A stretch of DNA of 64,000 bases from Caecitellus pseudoparvulus (Eukaryota; Protista; Bigyra: Bicosoecida): NCBI GenBank assembly GCA_965644315.1, contig CBFFRQ010000069.1:372001-436000 (forward strand), written 5' to 3'. A program made the translations under genes and the position numbers. Below are positions 22,075 to 32,647 of the stretch, in pieces. The notes beneath the pieces were generated by a model, which saw only the letters and a list, made by a program, of their open reading frames with translations, made no database searches and had not been told where the DNA came from. The number at the start of each line of letters is the position of its first letter. The first letter of the stretch is position 1.

Positions 22075-23887
22075 TCACCTGCGGGCGCCTTGTTGGCGAC
22101 GCTTGGCAGCCTTCGCGCCTGCCCCTGTCGCGAACGCAAGGGGGTTGACTCTCGCGTTGACTGGCTGGTCAGGGTCTTCTTGCTCTGGCAATGGCGTTGA
22201 ATGAGCGGGCTCTGCGATGCCCCTTCCTGCAGTTGGAGAGAGCTTCACCCCCCCACCTCCACTGGCACCGGTCAGTCCAGGCTTGGAAGCGAATCGCCGT
22301 GCGAGCCGCCGCTTAAACTTGCGCCGAACAGCTGCAAGCCGGGCCTGAGTCCGTTCCTGCAGGAATAAGGAGATGTCTTTGTACAGTGTGTAGATGTGGG
22401 AGAGCCCTGACAGGGTCTTGAGCACGAGGGCAAAGATGAAGAGCCCGGCGTTGTTGGAAGAGATGATGCCAGTGATGATGGCAATGAACTCCAGGATAAT
22501 CTTCGGCGTATCCAGCAGCACATCCCCGAAGCCACGGTAGAGGTCCACCAGCGTTGAGTCAGCACGGGAGCCCACAAGCCAGTAAAACGTAATCTGCACG
22601 TGCGCAACACTGATCATGGCCAGCACGAAGAAGCTCTGCGCGAAGGCTGTGTCCACGCCCAGAGTCATGGCCGTAGCAATGTCACTGCGAAGGGAGGGGC
22701 AAGGGTGTAACGTGTCAAGCGGTCTGCGTGCACTGGTCAGCATGGGGCCCAACGCACCCAATCGCGTTGAACTCGTACACGAGCAAGAGCATGGTGTACC
22801 ACCGCCCATACTGCTGCACAGTGACTTCATAAGGGTTGAGCACCTCTGGTTTTTTCCCAGGCTGCGCTGCAGAATCCGGGCTTTCAAGTTTGGCTGCTGT
22901 TGCGCCCACCACCGCACCCCCCTCCGCCCCAGCACCACCAGCATCCTCCGCCGCCTCGCCCCCTCCTCCGAACAGACCCGGCACTCCCGCCAACAGCCCC
23001 AACACCACCGCGAAACCCGACAACAACGACACCACCACCCATGACAGAGCCAGCACCAGCCACCCGCCCCCAGCCAGGCCCACGCCTGCAGCCACCACCG
23101 ACGTCGTGGACACGGGAAGCTGCAGCAGGTACACCTGGCCAGCATTGCGGGGGTACCATCCGGTGACGGCGTAGTACACGGCGGCGCCGAGGGTCCACAG
23201 GAGCTGGGCAGCAGCCAGGGTGACAAGTGCAGGCCACCATGAGTCCAGAGTCGGGTTGATTTGGCACGTCTGGCCCGCGACGGAGAGTGCTTGGGAATCT
23301 TGAGCCAGGCGTTGCTCAGGGGCGGGCCCCTCGTTGCAATTCACCAGCACCATGGCGATGGTACCTGCCAGCACAAGCGCCTTGATGTTGAAGAAGAGGT
23401 AGTACTTCCACTGTGGGCCGTCGTTCAGCGGCGCGTTGGCAAGCGCTCGCTTGCGAGCCTTGCGCTCCTGTCGTTCCCGCTCAAGCTGCACGAGCACAGT
23501 TTCGCCTTGCGGTGGGGCGTCCATGTGCTTGTCTATTTCGGGTTCTGGGAGTGATATATCTTCCATGTGCGCCCCGGCTTCGTCGGGCCCAGAAAGCAAC
23601 GGAGGGGACGCGTCAGGATCTCTTTTCCGCTCGCCGGGCAAGACCACCAAGGGGGAGCCGGGGGCCTCGAGCTCCCGAGCTGCAGCAATGGCAGGAGGTG
23701 CAGGAGGCTGCTTGCTCTCCTGGTCGGCCGAATCCCTGCTTTCTCCAGCGCTGGCCCCTCCCTCCCCGCTGCTGGTGTCTGAACTACATCCTCGCTCGCT
23801 GGCGGGTTCGCAGCTTCTGTTTGCTCCGGCTGGCCCGCACATCCTTGCCCTGCCTTCCTGCCCTTTGCCAAGAGTTTCGCCGCGCAT
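22075..23887 (-). CDS. Orphan multi-pass membrane protein, paralogue B (one intron near 22685-22755)
   Basis: Shares NDGPQWKYYLFFNIKA, GQTCQINP, NPYxVTVQQYGRWYT and FYWLVGxRAxSxxVDLYRGFGD with paralogue A, with the intron at the equivalent position. Start uncertain. Confidence 0.7.
22902..23224. repeat. 323-bp direct repeat copy 2
   Basis: See 20639-20961. Confidence 0.9.
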
Positions 23888-24296
23888 TGCCCGGGGAAAC
23901 TCTCACACACGCCCTTGCAGCTTTAGATGTGGTACAGTGCCTCTGCACGCTTGACGATGAGGCTCTGAACGCCCCAAGCCAGTGCTGGCGATAAACCACC
24001 CCAAGGCAAAGTGCAAGCTGGATTAGGGGAGGCTTCAGAACGCCAAATCGATCGCCACAGGCCTTTGAAGACTCCAGCTCGTGCACTGCTGCTTGACGCT
24101 GCTTCAGAGTGCCGGGGGCCGGCCAGCGATAACCCGCCCCACCACTCCCGGTCGCCGCGGCGCTGCACCTCCCAGCCACAGAAGAGCCCGGATTCGCCTG
24201 GCCCAGAGAAGCTCTGCGCCCGGACAACGTGACGACTGCTCAAATTTCGCTCTCAGTACCAGCCCATGCCGGATAGGGTTGGGTTGTGCGCGCGGA

Positions 24297-25778
24297 TTAT
24301 GACTCAGGTTCAAGTTTGCCGCTCCCCATCCAACCCAGCCAGCCGCCCTCCAGCACTGCCAACGCAGTCTCGGGCACACCCATCGCACGAGCAGCAAACC
24401 ACACCGCTGACGCCCTCCACGCTGTGCCGCAGTACAGCACGAGGTGGGGGTGGCTGCCCTTCCCTGCAGGCTTCAGCCAGCCCTGCGCCTCCCACCTGCG
24501 CTGCATGCGTAGTGGCTGTGCCAGCCGACCACTTGCCGTGAAGTACTCCTGCAGCACATCGCGGCTGCCAACAAGCGGGCCTCCAAAAGCCCACTGGGCG
24601 CCGGGGATTGCACCTGCATGTGCCATGTACGCGTACCCCGCCGCTGTGCCATTGAACTCTTGGTGTGACCTGGTGTCCAGCAGGACGTGCCTGGGCGTCA
24701 CTTGGTCCCGGCAGAGAAGGGGTGGCAAGCACTGAGCAGGGGAGGATGCTTCACCTTCCACCTGAATCTCTACGAGGATCTCCTGCTGCCCACCTTGAGG
24801 GTGCCTTGCCGCTGCCAGCCGGCGCACTGGGAGGCCGGCCGCCCGCCAGGCGTGCAGACCGCCTTGCAACAGCCGCACAGCGCCAAGGCCTGCGCTGCGG
24901 AGGACCACGCCCAGCCTGGCAGCAGGCAGCACTTCCCCCACTATGACCACTTTGGCGGTGGCCAGGGGCGGGAGGGGCAAGTTTGCGGCGGCCAAGGCTG
25001 CACGCAGCTCCGCCACAACCTGCGCGGCAGGCAACGCTGCATAGGCCTGGGCCTGTGGGCCCTCGACAGCCCCCACGCCAAAGGGGGCGGCACAAGGAAT
25101 GGACATGGTATCCGGTGCGACACCGGCCCTCACTTGCCACGAGCGGCTGACTGCGTGAAGGAACAAGTGCCCTGCACGGGCTAAGGAGCGGCAGTGGCGC
25201 TGTGACACCGCCTCCAGGTCACGAAGGCCACCAGCTGCGGCGGCCATGTCCCTCGCCACAGAGTGGGGAAATGGGAAGACACCTGCTGCGTCGATGCTGG
25301 CCGAATGGCGAGGGTACCGTTTCAGCCAGTCCGTGACCCGGCCAGCCAGACGCAGCAGGCGGCCGGCGGCAGCCTTGCAACCGGAGCGTCGAACGGCGGC
25401 TGCGGTGCGCACAGAGCCTGGGCCAAGAAGCACGACATCCATTCCACTGTCAAGTTCCTTGCAAAGGTGTTCAAGCTGGGCGCGGGCTTCCTGGGCATCA
25501 GCCTCGTCGCAGGCACGTGATGGACCTTGAGACAGGCAGGCCAGCATGCTAGCTGGGAAGACCGTCGCACCCCTCACTGAGCGGTCGAAAGCGGCCTGGA
25601 AGCTGCGGGTGTCCCACACCGAGATCGCATCAGTTTGATTGTCCAACGTACGAGAGAGCCAGAGCGGCAGAACGGGCTCCAACTGCACAGGCACGGGGAC
25701 TTCGTGCCTCGCGTTTCGGCCGGAAACGCTGGCCAATACATGCGTAAGCGCAAAAGCCCACAGGAAGACCTTCCTCAT
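24297..25778 (-). CDS. Secreted rhodanese/sulfurtransferase (YnjE-like active site)
   Basis: Signal-peptide-like MRKVFLWAFALTHVLA; VRLLQGGLHAW, LLDTRSHQEFNG, GAIPGAQW, LYCGTAWRAS and LEGGWLGW. Confidence 0.8.
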   Translation of the reverse strand: MRKVFLWAFALTHVLASVSGRNARHEVPVPVQLEPVLPLWLSRTLDNQTDAISVWDTRSFQAAFDRSVRGATVFPASMLACLSQGPSRACDEADAQEARAQLEHLCKELDSGMDVVLLGPGSVRTAAAVRRSGCKAAAGRLLRLAGRVTDWLKRYPRHSASIDAAGVFPFPHSVARDMAAAAGGLRDLEAVSQRHCRSLARAGHLFLHAVSRSWQVRAGVAPDTMSIPCAAPFGVGAVEGPQAQAYAALPAAQVVAELRAALAAANLPLPPLATAKVVIVGEVLPAARLGVVLRSAGLGAVRLLQGGLHAWRAAGLPVRRLAAARHPQGGQQEILVEIQVEGEASSPAQCLPPLLCRDQVTPRHVLLDTRSHQEFNGTAAGYAYMAHAGAIPGAQWAFGGPLVGSRDVLQEYFTASGRLAQPLRMQRRWEAQGWLKPAGKGSHPHLVLYCGTAWRASAVWFAARAMGVPETALAVLEGGWLGWMGSGKLEPES

Positions 25779-25858
25779 GACTATTCTTGCAAAAGAAAAT
25801 GACATTAATCCCCTTAATGTGCTGCAGTGGCTGCAGGGCCGCGGAAAGTTGCGGCCAG

Positions 25859-27415
25859 TCATGAATGGCCACTGAACAAAGCGTCCAAGGATGCCTTCGT
25901 GTCTGTAGTCTGGCCAGCGGGCAGGATGTCCTGCAGTGTGGGCGCTGGGCGGGGCTTCAGCAAGTCCCACCGCCACACAGTCGCATTGTCACACACTGCG
26001 ACGAGAGTCTGCCCATCCGGGCTCCACGCGCAGCCCCTCACCGTGTTCGCCATGCCGTCCACACTCGTGAGGGGCAGGGTCGCAAACTTGGTCGGCTGCA
26101 GCGACCTGGGCGCGAGAGGCTCCGCGCCATCACCACCTGGTGCCTCTGCCGAGGCGGCACCTGAGCTACCTGGCTTGCCGCTGATGGCTTGCCCTTCGAA
26201 CACCGCCGGGGGCGGGTTCAGGACAGCCTCTGCTGAGTCTCCTGCCCCCCGTGCGGCTTCCGGGAACAGCTCCCACACGTGCAGAGTCGCCTTCTCGTTG
26301 CCGCACGCGAGCAGGGAGGCATCAGGCGACACTGCGCCGCGCATGAACCAGACATGTGCGTCCCTCATCTCGAACTCTGACAGCACCATGACTGCATCAG
26401 CCCCCGTGAGCGTGTCCGGCGCCCACATGAGCAGCTTGGAGTCCGTGCTCTTGGACACCAGCAGGTTCCCCACCCACTGCACGTAGTCCACATAGTCCAC
26501 GTGCACATTTGCCGTGGAGTACGCTGGGAACTGCTCGAAGTGCGTCTTGAACACGGCGCTGCCTTCCACTTTGTGGCTGTAGCTCGCCTGCATGGCCGAT
26601 GTCACGTCAGGGGAGTCCAGCGCCCAAATCTTCACTGTGTTGTCCATACCCTGTCGGAGGTGGCGGATGGTGGGTGCAGGCGGTTTGCGGGTGCGTGGCA
26701 GGTGGGCAGCCGACGCACCGCCGAGGCAAAGCAGTTCCCTATTGGGTGAATGGACACCGACAGCACGTCGTCACGGTGCCCTGCCTCCCCAGCGAACACC
26801 GCAACACACGTGTTGGTGGCGACGTTCCACAGGCGGATGCTTTCGTCTTTGGAAGCTGTCAGCAGCATGCTGGGCGTGATGGGGTGCCACTTGACGTCGT
26901 TGATCATGGCCCCGTGCCCCACGAGGGTGCGCGCGACTTCCTGCCGGGAGGCATTGATCACCTTCACGACGCCCCGAACTCCCCCCACTGCTAGCAGCGG
27001 CTCGCCTGACGGCTGGTCTACTGTCCAGGCGCACGCGTACAGCTCTTCTTCCTTCTGCGAGTGGGTGCTTGCGTGTGGTGATGCCCGCTGCAGCCAGCTC
27101 GCGAGCACAGGGCACCCACATCCTCATCTTCATACACCTGGACCACACCGATCTCGCCTGTATCCAGGAGCTCGTAGACAGTCACCTGTTGTGTTCACAC
27201 AGGCGTGGGCGGGTGGAGCAGTGCACGCTGCAAACCACCAGGCAAGAGCCACGCTGCCTCACCCGGTTTGAACCGACGGTGGCGAACACAGAGTCGTACC
27301 CAGGGCCGCCAGAGCAAAACGCTACCCCATACAGAGGTTTCTCGTGGTCTTCGCAAACACATGCAGTGCAGCGAAATGGCCGACGAGCCTTGCCTTTGGC
27401 GGCTTTGTCTGCCAT
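25859..27415 (-). CDS. EED: Polycomb PRC2 WD40 subunit EED/ESC/FIE, three introns
   Basis: EDHEKPLYGVAF, FATVGSNR|VTVY, EELYACAW, GHGAMINDVKWHP, SKDESIRLWN, AGHRDDVLSV, GMDNTVKIW and VHVDYVDYVQWVGNLLVSKS. Confidence 0.93.
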
Positions 27416-27581
27416 GGCTGAGCGGCAATTTCCGCAGGCAACAGCGACGGCACGTGACAACACACAAAAGCCATAGATTGCGACAAGCTGGGCGGTCAAT
27501 GCACCATCATAAAGGTTGATGAGGTGGCGGTTCGGGGGGTGGTGTGTATTGCCCATGACTCGTGCCGGTGCCGGGGGAGCA

Positions 27582-29119
27582 TCACACAAACAGGCAGTCC
27601 ACCTCGTCACCACACGGCGCATGCAGCTGGATAGCTGAGCCCGGCAGGGCAAGTGGGAGGCCCAGCGCCTTGGGCCCGTCAAACTGAGTAAACACAGGCT
27701 TCACTCCCACCTGCAGTGTGTGGCAACTGGCGCCTTGAGGACCCCCGCCAAGGATGCCTTGGCGACCACCTGGAGGTCCACCCGGCATCGCTCCGCCCCC
27801 CTTGAAGGAGGGCTCGTGAACACTTGCAGAGCCCACGGGGAGCTGGCGCGCCAACGCACCATGCATGCCTGCTCTGACTCTCGAGCCGCCGGCTGCTCCG
27901 CCGACAATCAGCTTGCAAGGCGCCCCACCTCGCAGGGCGTCCCCTCTGCGGCTGCGTTGGCCAACCCCGGACCCCGGGGCAGGCTCGCCACCTGGACTGG
28001 CCAACAGTACGACGAGGGAATCGTGGGAAGTGGAAGATGCAGCAGAGGCGCAGTCCTGCTCTTCTGCCGCTCGGGGGGCGGGGTGTTCCACAGAGAACTC
28101 TGTCCGTAGGTCGCCGCTGGGCGGAGGCGTGCCTCCCTCCTCGCAGAACAAAGCGTCAGGGGCCGCCACGGAGCTCCTCTCCGCTAAGGCCCCTGTGTGA
28201 CTCGAGGGTGTGATGCGCCTGACGAGCCGTGGTGAGCGGTAACGGAGAGGCTTTCGAATCCTGCTCCGCTTCGCAGGCGTTGGCACTGGCGGGTCTTGCA
28301 GACCTCCTCCGGACGGCTGGGTTTCTGGGTTGCCAGGGTGCACATCCGTGGTCCCACTAGCATGGACAACCTTGAGGCATGTTTCGCATTCCTCCTTTTC
28401 TACTTGGAGGAAGGCGCGTGCAGTCGTGCTGCGGCGACTCAGCTCAGTCAGGTGCTGGGCAGCGCTGCGTAGGCTGCGCAAGTGCTGGGCTCTAAGGTCC
28501 TCACAGCGCATGGCTTCGCCTTCAGCGCGCTGGATGGCTGCTCTTGTTGAGGCAGCTTGCACTTTCATCGCGCTTATGTCCGCCTGCACTCGCTCGTGCA
28601 TGGCTTGTGACTCTGCCGCGGCGCCCGGCAGCGACAGCAGACAACGCTGCAGCGCCTCCTTCTCGCGCTGGGCAGCAGCCAGGCGGGCTTTGTCGGCATC
28701 AAGTTGGGCAGAGAGGTTGTCTACACGTTCTTGCAGTTCTTGCTGCTCCGCTTGCATCGCCTGTACCGCCTGCCGCACCGCCACGTTGTCCTCGTGCACT
28801 GCCACCGCCTGCTGAAGCATGGCGTTGTGCTTGGCGCGCAGGCGGTGCACGTCGTAGCTCAGCTGCTGCCGTGTGTGGCGCAGCTTGCCGTTCAGTTCCG
28901 CGAGGCGCGGCAGAGTTGACGCTGACAAGCGGTGCACTGCTCAGGGGAGGGTGGTAGCGGGTGTGAAACGCGGTGAGCTAGCAACGCAGCGCGCAGCGGT
29001 GGACACGTACGAAGCGTGTCTCCCAGCGACAGCTGCTCTTCAATGGTTGCTCGAAGGGCGTCCCATTGGGCTTTCGAAGCAGTGTGCTTCTCGAACTCCC
29101 GCACTTGCGGCAGCGCCAT
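27582..29119 (-). CDS. Coiled-coil hypothetical protein (intron near 28937-29010)
   Basis: Long heptad-rich region (LRHTRQQL...LQERVDNLSAQL) followed by a low-complexity tail. Probable first exon begins MALPQVREFEK. Confidence 0.55.
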
Positions 29120-29456
29120 GCTGGCTGGACTGCGAAGCGTCGGAAGCAGCGTTTCTTGCTGTCCAGCAACGCCACGTGGCCCCCTCGGGTGCGTGGCAGC
29201 CAGGGAAAGTTCCACCCTTCCGCAGACCAGGATCAGAAAGTGGCTCAGGATTGCTAGGCTTGGCGTGCAGAACGAAAGTGTGATCTGGCTGGAAAGTGCA
29301 GCCGGGGCGCTACCACGAAGGCGCCGCCTCTGCACGGAACAAGTGTATTGGTCAAAGGTCACGTTGTCTGGCAACCGCGAGAGTTGGGCAAAGACTTGGG
29401 TATGGGCACACACAATGAGAGGCTGGAGCGCAGTCTGGCTGGCACGGCCCCCTACT

Positions 29457-32189
29457 TCACAAAACGACGCTGGCAAAAACGCCCCCTGGCGCTGTGGAGA
29501 GAGTGCTGGCTGGCAGTGGCGTGGGGGCAGCAGACTTCTCTGTTGGCGGGAAGAAAGACTGCCCGCCGTGAGGCGTGCGGGGCGAGCGGGGAGGCGGCAC
29601 AGTGGCCACCGAGCCGTCCCGCTTGCGCATGATGACCCTGTCCAGGTGCAGGAAACCCTCGGCGTCACGGTTGATGCGCAGTGCAAGGCCGGAGCGCTGT
29701 CGATCGTGAGCTTGCTCCACACACTGCACCAGCTCTACAGGCATGGGCAAGGGATCCCCGGCACCGCCTCTGCTGCGCTTGCGCGAGCTGGGGGTGTCGG
29801 CGTCGCTGTCACAGCCCTGCTCGATGGAGCCCACAGAGCGGAAGGAGCCGAGGGAATGCAGGGAACGGGTGGAGGTCACTGCCAAGGAGCCACCCCACGG
29901 GTTGCCGCCACCGCCTGCAACGTGGCCTGACGCGTTGCGTGGCAGCATGTTGGGGTGCAGGCGCGCGTGCATGGTTGTTGCAGTTGCACCTGCGCCTGGC
30001 CCCAGCCCTGGGTTTGCGAAGCCGGCAGCTGCTGTCGGAAGGGCGCCGCCCGGTGGCTGGGCAGCAGGAGACCTTGTCGTGTATGATGGGCTGTGGGGCC
30101 CAGCACGAGGGCCCATGGCAATGCCTCCTGCCGCGCCAGCGGGGCCAGTCTTGCTGCCGTGTGGCGGGGAGGGTGCTGGCCAGCCAGCCCCAAATGCCGA
30201 GCTGCCCGAACCGGTGCGATACAGGCCGGTTTTCTGGCTCCTCAGGTGGGCTGGGGAGCCTGACGCATCCATGTACCCCATGCCTTCACGGGGGGTGTCC
30301 TGCGTCCCGAAGGAGGAAGCAGCGCTGCGGGAGGAGTAGGAGCCGTACGAAGCCGGGCCGCCGGGAGGAGTGCCGCCTGTTGGAATGCGTGTTGAGCCGA
30401 GGGGCGCCTGCACGCCAGGGTTTCCTACGGACGATCCCACACTCAAGCTGTGCGGTCGGGATTCCTTGAATGCAGGGGACTTGTCATGAGATGTAGGGTG
30501 CATGGGCGTGCCGAGAACGGCCGTGAACGGCGGCGCAACGCCTCCCGGCGGAACTCGCCTGCACTGTGGCGGGTGGCACTGAGTGTGCTGCGGCGGCAGT
30601 GCATGCCCGCCGCCTGCCCACTGCTGCTGACCATACGCGCCCACATGAAATGCACCCATTGCACCAGGCTGGCCGTGGCCTGCCCTGTAGTGCTGCTGCC
30701 GTTGCTGCAGCGCTGGCGGTTGTTGTGGCGGCGGTCCGTGCTGCTGCAGTGGTAAGGCGGGCACCTTCTCCACACGGGGAGATGTGACGGAGGAGCCCGG
30801 CCCAACTTGAGGAAGGCGCAGGGTCGAGGCTGGCGGCAGTCCACTCCGTGAGAGTGGTTGTGATCCGTACAGGGGTGCGATTGCAGCGCCTGTCGACCGT
30901 GGGGGCGCTGTCGGCCCGACGGCGGCGGCAGCTGCGAGGAGGTCTGGCTTGCGTTGCGCCTGCTTCTTGGCGGCGGCGGAGCTTTTCGCCTTGGCGCCGG
31001 TTTTGGGCTTGATGTTCGCCAGGACAGCGACAGTGGCTCCAGGCTGGAAAAACATGGTGTCAGCGTCACCCGTGAACACCACAATGAAGGGATCAAAGCG
31101 GCCCTGTGCACGGGCGGAATGAGAGCGGCGGGGTGCATCCGACGTTGCACAGCGGCGGCTTCGCTGCTCACGCACGGGTGCACGGGTCCAATTTTCGTAG
31201 TGGAAGACGGGGGAGGGGGGGTCTTTCGAACGCTTCCAGGTCTTGGAGGTCAGAGACACGACGTTCAAGCCGAAAGTGTGCCCCATGACAAACCTGTGAT
31301 ACCGGGAGTGGGTGGGCGTGCAATGCCGCAGGCACACCATCCGCCCTGGAGGCGCCACTCGGGCAGCAGTGGCGCCCAGTCGACCCCAACTGCGGAACGA
31401 AGGGCTATATGGACCCTTTCCACCCATGCCGGCGCGGGGCGGCCCACGTGGAGCTCTGGGGAGCAGCGTCCGGGCCAGGTTCCGGCAAGCACCATGTGCT
31501 TGCCAGTCCCACCTGGCGGAATCCTGCGCTGGCCGAGAACTCACCCGTGGCGGCTTGCCTGGCTTCGAAACTTGTCCGCCAGCATGAGCAGGTCCTCTTC
31601 TGTCAATACGCCGCCAGTCTCCCTGCACAGAGCGCGAGGTGGCCGTGGGAGCGGGCTCGGCAAGCCGACCGTGGACGGCACCACCGTGGCACTCGAGGCA
31701 ACTCGGCTGGCGCAGCTGCCGGGGGGAAAGACGCACTCATCACGGGCTTCGCGTTCTGCCCTACTTTTCTGACCCCAGAGGCGCTCTGACTCCACCTTGG
31801 CCATGCTTTGCAGGAAGGCGAGGCGGTCAAAAATTCGCAGGGCTGCGAAGGCCGGCAGGGTTCCAGCGCCAGGGGGAGGCTCGGCATGGGTCAACTGTGC
31901 GCTGGCGTTGGGCCGGATGCACGCCTGCAGTTGAGGCAGAGTCAGCCACTGCACGGCAGACCCTTCGCTGTCAATGGTCAGGTACTGCAGCGCCTGAGCA
32001 AGCGGAGGCGGAAGATGTTGCAACGATGCCGCCCAAGGCGCAGGCAGTGCAGCAGGCGGGCTGCCTCGGCAAAGCCGGGGATCGCGACCTTGCACGAGCA
32101 CCCCGCACCTGGTACATTTCGAAGGGGAACTTGTTCCTGGGCAACTTGATCCTGGACAGGTCCAGGGGCATGGCCGGGACGGAAGTCAT
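29457..32189 (-). CDS. Putative transcription factor with divergent HSF-type DNA-binding domain, multi-exon
   Basis: Spliced N-terminus NKFPFEMYQ|AL...SAVQW...LRIFDRLAFLQ...YHRFVMGHTFGL...VFHYENWTR|GRFD follows the HSF DBD layout. Q/P/S-rich C-terminus. Confidence 0.5.
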
Positions 32190-32647
32190 GGTGGGCCAGT
32201 GCGGGAAGGCGGCGACGCCGGACAGTTGGCCAGCTCACGCTCTTGTGGCGATACCTGCCGCTGCAAACACCGCTTCACAGCGAGGGGAAGGCGCGTGGCG
32301 GGCTGAGCAAGCGAGGGAGCCGGCAATGGTGTCTCCTCGTGCAGCAGTGCTTTGAGTAATGGCGCACCTCGGCGAGTGCGCATCTCGCTGCAGCGGTGAT
32401 TCAACTGCCTCCCCTTCCGAAGCTGAGATGGAAGGGGGGGGTAGCGCACTCAGGAGGGGGGGTGCAGGTCATCGAGGCAGCCGCCGGCTCCCAATACACA
32501 CACAAGACCGCAAACAAGGCAAGGCTACGTCATGTGCAGCACGCTTGGAGCTTGCTCTAGACGACCACGCCTGCAGCTGAAGCTCCCTTCGCTGCCAGAG
32601 CCACACTGCGACGAGGCAGCAGCGCGACCGTCCCCAAGCTCAGCACC

